Assembly: GCF_001194135.2 (NCBI RefSeq)
Contig: NC_069001.1
Coordinates: 24,555,081 to 24,619,080, forward strand
Direction of reading: 5' to 3'
From: Octopus bimaculoides
Lineage: Eukaryota
DNA: 64,000 nucleotides
Of this stretch, positions 49,001 through 61,449 are shown piece by piece. The translations under genes and the position numbers were made by a program. The first letter of the stretch is position 1; every line of letters begins with the position of its first letter. The notes under the pieces are model-generated. The model saw only the letters and a program-made list of their open reading frames with translations, was not told where the DNA came from and searched no databases.

Positions 49001-49358
49001 CATGCATAGGGTTCAGTCCCACGGTGTGGCACCTTGGGCAAGTGTCTTCTTCTATAGCCTCGGGCCGACCAAAGCCTCGTGAGTGGATTTAGTAGGCAGA
49101 AACTGAAAGAAGCCTGTCGTATATATGTATATGTATATATGTGTGTGTGTGTGTTTGTGTGTCTGTGTTTGTCCTCCCTACATTACTTGAAAACCGATGC
49201 TGGTGTGTTTACGTCCCCATAATTTAGCGGTTTGGGAAAAGTGATCGATAGAATAAATACTAGGCTTACAAAGGATAAGTCTTGGGGTCGATTTGCTCGA
49301 CTAAGGGTGGTGCTCCAGCATGGCCGCAGTCAAATGACTGAAACAAGTCAAAGAGAAA
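48998..49358 (+). mobile_element. SINE-like family 1, near full length
   Basis: gggttcagtccca.ggtgtggcaccttgggcaagtgtcttc...(TA/TG)n...gctccagcatggccgcagtcaaatgactgaaacaagt.aaagag. Confidence 0.9.
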
Positions 49359-49375
49359 AGAGAGATATGTACACT

Positions 49376-49409
<34 letters not shown>

Positions 49410-49482
49410 CACACACTATTGTTGTTTTTGCTGTTGTTATCATAACCACCACCACCACCACCACCAGCACCAGCACCACCAG

Positions 49483-49514
<32 letters not shown>

Positions 49515-49989
49515 TGAAGTTGATGACAGATATGTTTATTAAAGCGACCATATTGGTGTTAATTACAATGATAGCGATAGAAGCCATGGTGAAAGAGACG
49601 ATGGTTTTGCTTGTATTAGTGACTAGCAATATGTGGTGAGGTATTAATAATTCAATCACCACAAGGCTTATAATAGCAACAATGATGACATTAATAGCAG
49701 TTTAAGAGTAAATGATGATGATGACGACCATGATGATGATGACGACGATGGTGGTGGTGGTGGTGGTGGTGGTTATCATCATAATGCTAATGATTATGAT
49801 ATTCACACCAAATTAATTAATGAACAGCTAAATGTGCATATCTTTCTCTGCGAAGCTGGTTTATTGATACTTAGACCTATATCATTTGAAACCAATCAGA
49901 TGAAAGTTCAGAAGCGGCACATTTAATGCTGTTGATGTGTTAGTTTATACATATATCCAACTAATCCTACATACATAAATACACAGGCG

Positions 49990-50199
49990 TTGCACTGGTA
50001 GTCCGTCGGTTGCGACGACGAGTGTTCCAGTTGTTCCAATCAACAAAACACAGTCTGCTCGTGAAATTAACGTGCAAGTGGCTGAGCACTCCACAGACAC
50101 GTGTACGCTTAACGTCGTTCTCAGGGAGATTCAGCGTGACACCGAATACGACAAAGCTGGCCCTTTGAAATACAGGTAATACTTATTTTTGCCAGCTGA
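49990..50199 (-). mobile_element. SINE variant: family 3 tail preceded by a CORE-like end
   Basis: Tail matches 58563-58745; the upstream minus-strand sequence tcagctggcaaaaataagt matches family 2 ctcagctgtagaaatgagt. Confidence 0.75.
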
Positions 50200-50949
50200 T
50201 ACATACAAACATACTAACACACATGTACACACATATATACATGCACACATACATACATACGTACTCTCATACACACATACACAGATGTATACTTACACAC
50301 ACGCTGACACAGATCGCAACATATAGAAGATGAATGAAAGTGCCTAGATCGTGCATGCCCAGAAGTGAAAGTATGTTCCACGTTTACTGTATTCGGCACA
50401 CCGTATTCAGCAATGCTATTAGATTTTTGTTAGGGGGAATGGTACGAGGAGCCTATATTACACATAAACTTCATCTTCTAACACATACACACACACACCC
50501 GCGCACACTCCCTCCCCCGCACAAATCCAATCATAAAATACACACATACATACACATTTAATTCCCAGAGACTCTGCTTTCAGACAGCCAGTTCTTTCAT
50601 GTATTTTCACAATGAGACCATGTCGTATTTACATTTTAATGAATATAAATTCAATGCATGCTTTATAAGCATATCCACTCATTCAAACATGTGAATGAAA
50701 CTTTATGACAAGCTTGCCCAATTATATTTGTTGATGGAAACAATAAATATTGCTTTTTAATAGAATATTTCATATTCTAGAATACACTTTTCCATACACG
50801 TATGGTTCCTTTCGTGTAAATACTGAGAAATCTGTAAACCTATTTCCAAACTTGTAAGGCTTACTTCAAAACTCTGAAATATTAGAATAGACTTTTTCTT
50901 CACGATTCTCTTGAAACAATATGAATTATAAAGAATATTTCCATATCTT

Positions 50950-51150
50950 TCAGAACAATGAAGGTAGCGACTAGGCAGAATCTTTAGACAGTCGGACAAA
51001 ATGCTTTGCCGTTTGTCTTTCGACATACGATATCCTTGGATTAAATTCTGGTCACGTCAACTTCGCTTTTATCCCTTCGGGTCGATAAAATAAAGTACCA
51101 ATCAAGCACAAGGGCATCGAAGTTACAATTCTTGTTCCCAAATTTGAAAG
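50950..51150 (+). mobile_element. SINE-like family 4 (diverged)
   Basis: gcgactaggcagaatctttag.cagtcggac.aaatgctt...gtcaacttcgcttttatcccttcgggtcgataaaataaagtacca. Confidence 0.7.
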
Positions 51151-51404
51151 AATACCTTCTAGAACAATTTAATCGTTCCGAAACCCCTTTAGAAAATACT
51201 TTTTGAATTCTACATTTTCCAGTTATTTCCATTCTGGTTTTGAACTTTCCATACCTTCACGATTATAAATTTCATTCTAATTAAGATCGCTTATTACTTA
51301 CCACCCAGATCCCTTGCCTTTCCCGTCCAATTTTTGTTCAACCAAAGAAAGTGTTCGTAGGATCGCGATTTGATGAGGCACGAAATAATACTAGCTGAGA
51401 AGGA

Positions 51405-51560
51405 GCTGGTGGAATAGTTCTCGGCAAAAAGAGACGGATAAAATAAGTTCTAGACTTAAGATATAAGTCATCCGGTCGATTTGTTTGAATTAAAGCCCTT
51501 CAGGGCAGTGCCCCAGCATGGCCGCAGTCAAACGACTGAAACAAGTAAAAGAATGAAAGA
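51405..51560 (+). mobile_element. SINE-like family 1, 3' fragment
   Basis: ggcaaaaagagac.gataaaataagt.ctag.ctt...ggtcgatttgttt...ccccagcatggccgcagtcaaa.gactgaaacaagtaaaagaat. Confidence 0.75.
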
Positions 51561-52121
51561 ACATGTCTCTTAATAAAAAAAGGTATATCCACTTTTGGTA
51601 TAATCCGTATCTATGTTCATTATACAAGTATTTATGCGTGCGTGCCCCTATGTGTGTATGCCTCTGTGTGTGTTTGTGTGGGAATGTGCGCGAGTATGTG
51701 TGTAACTCTGTGTGTGTGTGTATGCATGCGTGTGTGTATGTTACAAGAAGATGAATCTTATTTAGCTTTTGTTCATCTGAGCGAAAGATATAAAAAAAAC
51801 TTATCCTGTAGTCTGGGCTATGAATCTATATATTTGTGAATTAACTGAATGTGAACAACTGACTCGCAATATACTGCATAAGTAAATGACTGGATACATC
51901 GCGGGATATCAAGATATTTTGGCGAAAATACACCTCGTTAATTGCTTTTAAAGTAGACAGAGCTGTTGGTGAGCAAATCGACCACACAGTGACAAAGGAA
52001 GGAAGTGATTACTTATTTTTTGAACATATTATGTCAGCGATAAATAAAAACTGCATTATAGAGGTAGTGAACATTTCCAGTATCGTGTTGTAATGAAACA
52101 ATATAATAAATTTGGATGACT

Positions 52122-52325
52122 ACCTGCATGCTAAGTGTTATTTGGCAGAATCGTTATCACGCCGGGCAAAATGCTAAGCAACATTTCATCCGTCTTTATG
52201 TTCTGAGTTCAAATTCGGCGGAAGTTGCATTTACATTTTATCCTTTCGGGGGTCAATAAGACAAATATACGGGGTGTGAATATATCCGACTTAACCCCTT
52301 CTCGGAAATTGTTGTCCTTTTTCCA
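52122..52325 (+). mobile_element. SINE-like family 4
   Basis: tggcagaatcgtta.cacgccgggcaaaatgct.agc.acatttc.tccgtcttta.gttctgagttcaaattc.g. Confidence 0.8.
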
Positions 52326-53089
52326 AGATATGTAACTACTATTACACGTTTTATTAAAGGAAAGTGTTCGTCATCATTTCAGCAAATTTAACACAATATA
52401 GAACAAAATGTATTTTTTAAAAATGTGGATTTTCTCTAAATTTACTGAGAAATCAAATTAAAGACGTACAAATATCATGTCACCTTGATTTCGGAAAGGA
52501 AGTCAATTGAAATTATTTGAGAAAAGACCTGTATATGTGCGCATGCACGTGCGTACATTTGGCATTACAAATCTGTGGCACGTGTTTTAAAACTGGTTCA
52601 TGTAAAATAAAGCTATATTTGAAGTGTTGCGTTATGATATGAAAAAAAAAACAAAAAAAAAACACTTGTAATAGTTAATATTGTATTAATATTGCAGCAA
52701 CAGCAGTTAAACCATTGTGGAGTTAAAAAAGCATTCTTCGCATAGAAATAAATTTAATCTAATCTAAACATATTTTATAAAATGCAATTTTGCGATCTCA
52801 ACATTTAGCATTTTCCCAAGTTTCTGAAGTCTTACTTTCTAACGTTGATTATGTGTTAAGCGACTTAAAGCTGGTTCTACAGATTACCAATAAGAGAAGA
52901 AACTTCCATTAAAATATACAAATTAATCAAAGATGGTTAGAAATCATCTTTGGACAAAGTTAGTTAGACAAAGGTGGTTGGACAAAGGTAGTTAGACGGG
53001 AGAGCTAGAAAGAAGGTTGATAATAAACTACTGGTGATCCCAAAAGGAAGGTACGCGTGCGTGTATGTATGTGAGAGTATGTGGCTGGT

Positions 53090-53459
53090 GAAGATATGGG
53101 GTGAGGATGTGGGAGGGTGATGTGAGGATGTTAAAGGGTGAGGATGAGATGAGGATATGCGGGTAGGGGTGGGGTATGTGCGAATGGGATGTGTGGGTGT
53201 GGGTGTGGATGGGGCGGTATCACTGAAGGGAGAAGATGGGTAGGAGTGATGAGGGGAAGTAGGTGTCAGGGCAAGAGAGGAAAGGTGGGTAGGAGTGAAA
53301 AGAAGAAGTAGGTGTCAGATGAAGAGATGAGAGGAATCAGATGAAGAGTGGAAGGGAGTTGAGCCCATGTGACGCAAAGGAGCGAGGAGAGAAGAGAGTC
53401 CGGATCGCCCCTCTGCAAAGACAATCCGAACACAGACAGGTGTTGTAATGAATGATCGG
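53090..53459 (-). mobile_element. Possible Penelope-like element 3' region: GIY-YIG C-terminal fragment and G-rich 3' UTR
   Basis: Minus strand DHSLQHLSVFGLSLQRGDPDS next to the gap resembles the HS..HL.V.GL...R C-terminus of PLE endonucleases. Adjacent purine/G-rich repeats (gggtaggagtga...aagtaggtgtcag x2). Short match only. Confidence 0.35.
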
Positions 53460-54380
53460 NNNNNNNNNNNNNNNNNNNNNNNNNNNNNNNNNNNNNNNNN
53501 NNNNNNNNNNNNNNNNNNNNNNNNNNNNNNNNNNNNNNNNNNNNNNNNNNNNNNNNNNNNNNNNNNNNNNNNNNNNNNNNNNNNNNNNNNNNNNNNNNNN
53601 NNNNNNNNNNNNNNNNNNNNNNNNNNNNNNNNNNNNNNNNNNNNNNNNNNNNNNNNNNNNNNNNNNNNNNNNNNNNNNNNNNNNNNNNNNNNNNNNNNNN
53701 NNNNNNNNNNNNNNNNNNNNNNNNNNNNNNNNNNNNNNNNNNNNNNNNNNNNNNNNNNNNNNNNNNNNNNNNNNNNNNNNNNNNNNNNNNNNNNNNNNNN
53801 NNNNNNNNNNNNNNNNNNNNNNNNNNNNNNNNNNNNNNNNNNNNNNNNNNNNNNNNNNNNNNNNNNNNNNNNNNNNNNNNNNNNNNNNNNNNNNNNNNNN
53901 NNNNNNNNNNNNNNNNNNNNNNNNNNNNNNNNNNNNNNNNNNNNNNNNNNNNNNNNNNNNNNNNNNNNNNNNNNNNNNNNNNNNNNNNNNNNNNNNNNNN
54001 NNNNNNNNNNNNNNNNNNNNNNNNNNNNNNNNNNNNNNNNNNNNNNNNNNNNNNNNNNNNNNNNNNNNNNNNNNNNNNNNNNNNNNNNNNNNNNNNNNNN
54101 NNNNNNNNNNNNNNNNNNNNNNNNNNNNNNNNNNNNNNNNNNNNNNNNNNNNNNNNNNNNNNNNNNNNNNNNNNNNNNNNNNNNNNNNNNNNNNNNNNNN
54201 NNNNNNNNNNNNNNNNNNNNNNNNNNNNNNNNNNNNNNNNNNNNNNNNNNNNNNNNNNNNNNNNNNNNNNNNNNNNNNNNNNNNNNNNNNNNNNNNNNNN
54301 NNNNNNNNNNNNNNNNNNNNNNNNNNNNNNNNNNNNNNNNNNNNNNNNNNNNNNNNNNNNNNNNNNNNNNNNNNNNNNNN

Positions 54381-55241
54381 AAAAAATAATTTGCGCAGAT
54401 ATCATTGACTTTGATATTATCTACTGTAACAGTTTAAAAATGATAATAACATAATCAATTATATAGTCGATTGCAGGCCCTCCCCCAAAAGCATTAAATA
54501 GTAGAAGAATTAAAATTAATCAAAGGACATACTAAGTCTCTCTGCGGAAAATAACAGTCAAAATCCTTATTTAAATCGCCAAAATACAGATAATAGCTAC
54601 AGAGATCTACCGTCCGAAGGCAAACGGGTTAAGACAATCTCTCGGCATCATTCAGTTATTTGCACTCACGTGGACCGGTTTCTGCTCTGGCATAATAGCC
54701 TCAAACTCCTCAGCACGCGTAACCATGATAGTGACCCTCAACCCGTCGAGTTGAAGTCTGCGCTGCAACTGATTCGTTTTGCGCCAAAATCATGGCAGTC
54801 ACCAATGTGAAAAGAATTTCAATACCGAGAAAATAACTCACGAGAAAAAAATAATCCAGGGAAAAATAATTTGTGAAGTTATCATTGACTCTCTTATGAT
54901 CTAGTGTAACAATTTAAAAATGATAACAGTATCAATGATATAAGCGATTGCAGCCCCCCACCCCGAATAAGTTATAAGTTAAGTACAAGAAGGATTAAAA
55001 TTAACCATAGGATATACTAAGTACGTCTGCCTGCTGGAAATAACAGTCAAAACTCTTATTTAAATTGCCAAAATACAGATAATAACTACAGCGATCTACC
55101 GTCCGAAGGCAAACGGTTTAGACAATCTGTATTCGGACGGTTGATTTCTGTAGTTATTATCTGTATATTTTGGCGATTTAAATAAGAGTTTTGACTGTTA
55201 TTTCCGTCAAATAGACATATTTACTATGTCTTTTGATTAAG

Positions 55242-55243
<2 letters not shown>
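54381..55243. repeat. Direct repeat (~260 bp, ~480-bp period) ending in a ~110-bp-arm inverted repeat
   Basis: 54381-54640 matches 54862-55128; 54998-55107 matches the reverse complement of 55132-55243, with a 24-nt spacer. Confidence 0.85.
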
Positions 55244-55327
<84 letters not shown>

Positions 55328-56896
55328 GATACGTTTACAAACATAGATGTATATAGGTATGTATACAAATACATGTTATATATAGATATATGCGTGTGTG
55401 TATGAATAGGTTTATGTATACACAGGAGATAAAACACATAACATGCAAGTCTCCTTAAAGTATTTTACTTACACACAGTTTCATCTACCCGTTATCAGTC
55501 TATTTACTTATCCTCCGATATATGCACATACATTCACACATACGTACATATATGTATGTTTGTATGTATGCATGAAAGTTTGTGTATCTATGTAGAAAAT
55601 GTACCTTGAAGCTTAGCACCTTCTCTTAACTGTGCAATAACGTTTGAGCAGAAACGGTCTGAATAACGTATTAATCAATTGAAGTAAAACAGACCAATTT
55701 TACTTATCATATCTTTAGCTTCTCTTCCATTCAGTATGTGTGCTTGTGTCTGGGTGAGCAATGTAGGAATGTGTGGCAAATACCATAGAAGTTTGACATA
55801 CGTCACTACTCTTGAGATATAAAATCGATAACAACTTTGTAACTAAGCGAAATAGACAATATACATACATATGTGTATGTATGTATGCATATATATATAT
55901 ATATATATATATATANNNNNNNNNNNNNNNNNNNNNNNNNNNNNNNNNNNNNNNNNNNNNNNNNNNNNNNNNNNNNNNNNNNNNNNNNNNNNNNNNNNNN
56001 NNNNNNNNNNNNNNNNNNNNNNNNNNNNNNNNNNNNNNNNNNNNNNNNNNNNNNNNNNNNNNNNNNNNNNNNNNNNNNNNNNNNNNNNNNNNNNNNNNNN
56101 NNNNNNNNNNNNNNNNNNNNNNNNNNNNNNNNNNNNNNNNNNNNNNNNNNNNNNNNNNNNNNNNNNNNNNNNNNNNNNNNNNNNNNNNNNNNNNNNNNNN
56201 NNNNNNNNNNNNNNNNNNNNNNNNNNNNNNNNNNNNNNNNNNNNNNNNNNNNNNNNNNNNNNNNNNNNNNNNNNNNNNNNNNNNNNNNNNNNNNNNNNNN
56301 NNNNNNNNNNNNNNNNNNNNNNNNNNNNNNNNNNNNNNNNNNNNNNNNNNNNNNNNNNNNNNNNNNNNNNNNNNNNNNNNNNNNNNNNNNNNNNNNNNNN
56401 NNNNNNNNNNNNNNNNNNNNNNNNNNNNNNNNNNNNNNNNNNNNNNNNNNNNNNNNNNNNNNNNNNNNNNNNNNNNNNNNNNNNNNNNNNNNNNNNNNNN
56501 NNNNNNNNNNNNNNNNNNNNNNNNNNNNNNNNNNNNNNNNNNNNNNNNNNNNNNNNNNNNNNNNNNNNNNNNNNNNNNNNNNNNNNNNNNNNNNNNNNNN
56601 NNNNNNNNNNNNNNNNNNNNNNNNNNNNNNNNNNNNNNNNNNNNNNNNNNNNNNNNNNNNNNNNNNNNNNNNNNNNNNNNNNNNNNNNNNNNNNNNNNNN
56701 NNNNNNNNNNNNNNNNNNNNNNNNNNNNNNNNNNNNNNNNNNNNNNNNNNNNNNNNNNNNNNNNNNNNNNNNNNNNNNNNNNNNNNNNNNNNNNNNNNNN
56801 NNNNNNNNNNNNNNNNNNNNNNNNNNNNNNNNNNNNNNNNNNNNNNNNNNNNNNNNNNNNNNNNNNNNNNNNNNNNNNNNNNNNNNNNNNNNNNNN

Positions 56897-56927
<31 letters not shown>

Positions 56928-57049
56928 TAGGAAGACATTTGCATGTCCCTTGTATCGTAGTTGTAGAACCGAAATAGAAATGTTACTACCTTGCATGCAA
57001 GATTTAGTATGCTCTGCACGAGATGCTACGTCAGTACTAGTGGTTGCAT

Positions 57050-57504
57050 TATTATTATTATTATTATTGTTATTGTTGTTGTTGTTGTTGTTGTTATTAG
57101 TAGTAGTAGTAGTAGCAGCATTACCGAAAATGCTACAACACTGACAACAATGATGAGGTGGGGGGAAAAGAAGGGGAAAAAAAATGAAAACTTCTAAACA
57201 AACAGACAAATAGGATAGGCAGACACAATTATGCTCGAGATCTTTGTTAAAGTGGGAAAATATCCTTTGGCTGGCAAATATAATGATCCGTATTAACAAT
57301 GCTTGTCTATTTATGTATCAGAATCGTTTCAGTGTGTTTGAGGTGGAGATGATGATGCGGATAAGGACAACAACAGCAACAACAACACCAACAATATCAA
57401 CAACAACAACAATGATGATGATAACAACAATGATGATGATGATGATGATGATAACAACAATGATGATGATGATGATGATGATGATAACAACAACAACAAT
57501 AATA

Positions 57505-57539
<35 letters not shown>

Positions 57540-57545
57540 TAAATG
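57050..57545. repeat. Compound (ATT)/(GTT)/(AGT) and (AAC)/(ATG) trinucleotide tracts
   Basis: Direct reading; 57410-57540 has a higher-order ataacaaca(atg)n unit. Confidence 0.9.
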
Positions 57546-58242
57546 AATGGATGAAGTTCACGTTGATGATATTAATGATAATAACGATGATCAGCATAAT
57601 AATATGAAGTATGATGAGGAGGCTGTTGCTAATGGTGATGATACTGTTTGGAGTTATCGTTACAAAACTAACAACAGACTCCCCGATCGAACAACCGCAT
57701 CCAGCTCCGCCACCACCCACACCACACCCTACCCCACCACCCCGCTCCTCACCGCTCACAACAGCAGTGACGAAATACAAAGACACTCCTGCCATGATAT
57801 CAGTCTCAACATAATTTTAGCAGAAAGTAACGGCAGCAGAAATATAGAAGTGTTGTGGTTTGTGAAATATTTCAACTGAAGTTAATAAGATAAGGAAAAA
57901 AGAAAAAAAACTAGAAAGTTTTCAATGCAAGTATGAACGAAATACCGAGAGGAGAGACACGAAGAAAGTTGTATACAGGAATAATAAAGAAGGATAGTCG
58001 AAGGTGTTATGTGTCGGATACTTTTAGTCTGTTTATAATCCAATAGATGAAGTATTTAAAGTATTCTTGTAACAGTAATTCACAAACTCATGGTTAGGTG
58101 CAGTTGTAGCTGTATGGTTAAGATGTTTTCTTTGGAGCTTATGTATTCTGGGTTCGAATTCTTTAAGCAACATTTTGCTTCAATATCTCGCGAGTCGGAT
58201 ATGGTTAACAGAAAATACGTTAAGAGAAAATATGTAAATATT

Positions 58243-58475
58243 TAAGGCAGCGAGCTAGCAGAAACGTTAGCAGGCCGGGCGAAATGCTTAGTGGTATTTC
58301 GTCTGCTGTTAAGTTCTGAGTTCAAATTCCGCCTAGGTGGACTTTGCCTTTCAGCCTTTCGGGGTCGATAAATTAAGTACCAGTTACGCACTGGGGTCGA
58401 TGTAATCGACTTAATCCCTTTGTCTGTCCTTGTTTGTCCCCTCTATGTTTAGCCCCTTGTGAGCAATAAAGAAAT
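58243..58475 (+). mobile_element. SINE-like family 4, well-preserved long-tail variant
   Basis: ttaaggcagcgagctagcagaaacgttagcaggccgggcgaaatgcttagtggtatttcgtc...gagttcaaattccgcc...ctggggtcgatgtaatcgacttaatccctttgtctgtcc...aataaagaaataag. Confidence 0.9.
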
Positions 58476-58562
58476 AAGAAAATATGTAAACGCCATCTCA
58501 AGTACAAACACACACGCATACATACACACATACATAAACACACATTCATACATGCATATGGT

Positions 58563-58947
58563 CGGTTGGCATTCCGTCGGTTACGTCGACGAAGGTTCCA
58601 GTTGATCCGATCAACGGAACAGCCTGCTCATGAAATTAACGTGTAAGTGGCTGAGCACTCCACAGACACGTGTACCTTTAACGTAGTTCTCGGGGAGATT
58701 CAGCGTGACACAGAGTGTGACAAGTGTGGCCCTTTGAAATACAGGTACAACAGAAACAGGAAGAAAGAATGACAGAAAGTTGTTGTGAAAGAGTACAACA
58801 GGGTTCGCCACCATCCCCTGCCGGAGCCTTGTGGAGCTTTTAGTGTTTTCGCTCAATAAACACTCACAACGCCCGGTCTGGGAATCGAAACTGCGATCCT
58901 ACGATCGTGAGTCCACTGCCCTAACCACTGGGTCATTGCGCTTCCAC
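58563..58947 (-). mobile_element. tRNA-Arg-like SINE family 3, full length
   Basis: Reverse complement head gtggaagcgcaatgacccagtggttagggcagtggactcacgatcgtaggatcgcagtttcgattccc; tail ends cgacggaatgccaac. Confidence 0.9.
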
Positions 58948-59241
58948 TACATCCATATACACACATGTACACATATAAACACGTACAAACATAATTGTGT
59001 TGACAAATGTCCCGTTTGTTTCGCTCTGTAGAATATTTCCGACAATTGTTTTGAGAAGTTCTTTGGAGCAAAACATAATGTTGATGTACACATATATTGA
59101 ACAATATGTGGTTTGTTTGGGAATGTTTGATATTAATATATATCATTTTCTTTGATCTAGTTTATTGTCTCTATTTTTCTAACGAATAATCACATCTTTT
59201 TATGTATGTATACGTATGCGAGAAAATATGCATGTATATAC

Positions 59242-59274
<33 letters not shown>

Positions 59275-59971
59275 NNNNNNNNNNNNNNNNNNNNNNNNNN
59301 NNNNNNNNNNNNNNNNNNNNNNNNNNNNNNNNNNNNNNNNNNNNNNNNNNNNNNNNNNNNNNNNNNNNNNNNNNNNNNNNNNNNNNNNNNNNNNNNNNNN
59401 NNNNNNNNNNNNNNNNNNNNNNNNNNNNNNNNNNNNNNNNNNNNNNNNNNNNNNNNNNNNNNNNNNNNNNNNNNNNNNNNNNNNNNNNNNNNNNNNNNNN
59501 NNNNNNNNNNNNNNNNNNNNNNNNNNNNNNNNNNNNNNNNNNNNNNNNNNNNNNNNNNNNNNNNNNNNNNNNNNNNNNNNNNNNNNNNNNNNNNNNNNNN
59601 NNNNNNNNNNNNNNNNNNNNNNNNNNNNNNNNNNNNNNNNNNNNNNNNNNNNNNNNNNNNNNNNNNNNNNNNNNNNNNNNNNNNNNNNNNNNNNNNNNNN
59701 NNNNNNNNNNNNNNNNNNNNNNNNNNNNNNNNNNNNNNNNNNNNNNNNNNNNNNNNNNNNNNNNNNNNNNNNNNNNNNNNNNNNNNNNNNNNNNNNNNNN
59801 NNNNNNNNNNNNNNNNNNNNNNNNNNNNNNNNNNNNNNNNNNNNNNNNNNNNNNNNNNNNNNNNNNNNNNNNNNNNNNNNNNNNNNNNNNNNNNNNNNNN
59901 NNNNNNNNNNNNNNNNNNNNNNNNNNNNNNNNNNNNNNNNNNNNNNNNNNNNNNNNNNNNNNNNNNNNNNN

Positions 59972-60049
<78 letters not shown>

Positions 60050-60889
60050 GGAGATCCATTGTGTAACATCCCTTTACAACAAAAAGTAACTTAACTATTC
60101 AATAAAGTGAAATCAATAAAATAATTAACAATCTACGCTTATGAATAATAATTAAATTCGTTCCTGACGTTGGCAATTTAGCACAAAATGTAAGAAATTC
60201 ATGCAATTTAGACCATGGATGCACGTGTTGTCAAATGCAGTGAACAAACCTCACTTAAAGCATCCTGAATCATATTGGAAACAGAAGGGCACACTTCATA
60301 ATATAGTCCTAGATATTCATTTACCGAGTGACTTATATGACTAGAAAGCCTTTGATCAGACTGCTCATGTGGTGCTGACCTGGGGTTAAATAACTATAGC
60401 AAAAACAGTAACTACTCTGCATTCTTTATGAAACCTGGTTTCATTTACACTTAAAATATGAACTTCAAACTGATGATAATGTGTTTGTGCTTTGATATGT
60501 CTGTTTGTGAGTCTGAGATGAGGTAATTCTTTTCTTGCGCTAAGCAAGAGGAAGAATTAAGAAAAGGAAATTCTAAATGTGGAAATACTGACCTTGGCCC
60601 ACTAAAATACCTATAAATCAAGAATCGAGAAACAATAGGTCTCCTTAAGGACAAACAAAAATAGACGGCAAAAGATAAATCCCAACGATGAGATGGTAAT
60701 GGTCTCAAACATGGCAATCATAAACTTCCTTAATAAAGAATATGAAAACAACATTTCAAAGATAGATTATATAATACATGAAACAGTCCCTCTGGTTACA
60801 ACGAAAAGTGGTTATCACTCAGACACATTTATCTTAAGAGGTATGTCATAACCGAAACAAGCAACATCGAAAAATATATATTCAGACTT

Positions 60890-61402
60890 GGTGGTGTCAT
60901 AAGAAGTTTGCTTCGCAACCACATTGTTCCAGGTTCAGTCCCACTGCATGCAACTTTGGGTTGTGCCTTCTGATTTAATCCCGGATGCGTGCATCTCTGA
61001 TCACGAGCAGAAGGGGTGGGCGAGTATCATAGCCACGTGTTGAGAGGAATCCTTTGGAGTTTGATTAATTCACCTCTGGAAACATGGATGTTTCGTTCCT
61101 CATCCTTAAACAAACATCATTCGGAGACCTTTTGAGCAAGTTGAGCTACTCAACCTGAAGAAAATTCTAACTGGGCCCCACCTACAAGGTAAGGCGCTGT
61201 CTATGTTGATATGAGATCACACTGTCGCGCACATATGGTTGTGATGCATGTGTCTGGTGTACCTTTACCAGACGGGTAGTCATGATGGGTATAATGGGCT
61301 TCGTATATTTTATCGCAGTGTCACTTTGATGGCACGCGTTACTCACTCACTCACTAACAATAATAGTGATAATGATGATATTGATGATGATGATAAGGAG
61401 GA
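60890..61402 (+). mobile_element. Family 1 SINE head (60890-60985) joined to family C 3' region with degenerate (TAA/TGA)n tail
   Basis: aagaagtttgcttcgcaaccacattgttccaggttcagtcccactgc is the family 1 head; from ~60986 the sequence matches family C (48665-48846, reverse complement). Confidence 0.65.
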
Positions 61403-61449
61403 GGATGAAGATGATGATGATAAACCGTTTTAGATAGGCATAAGCTTTA

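Noticed and set aside
54618-54632. piggyBac element ending GGCAAACGGG|TTAA
   Set aside because: No matching left TIR is visible, and homology between the two direct copies extends past the TTAA.
57547-57879. 110-aa plus-strand ORF (MDEVHVDD…)
   Set aside because: Low-complexity, continuous with trinucleotide tracts, and has no recognisable domain or splice context.
60833-60865. CTTAAGA-GGT…ACC-GAAAC-AAGCA hammerhead-like string
   Set aside because: Core G5 is mutated, stem II is only 3 bp, and there is no GUH or stem I pairing; it could arise by chance.
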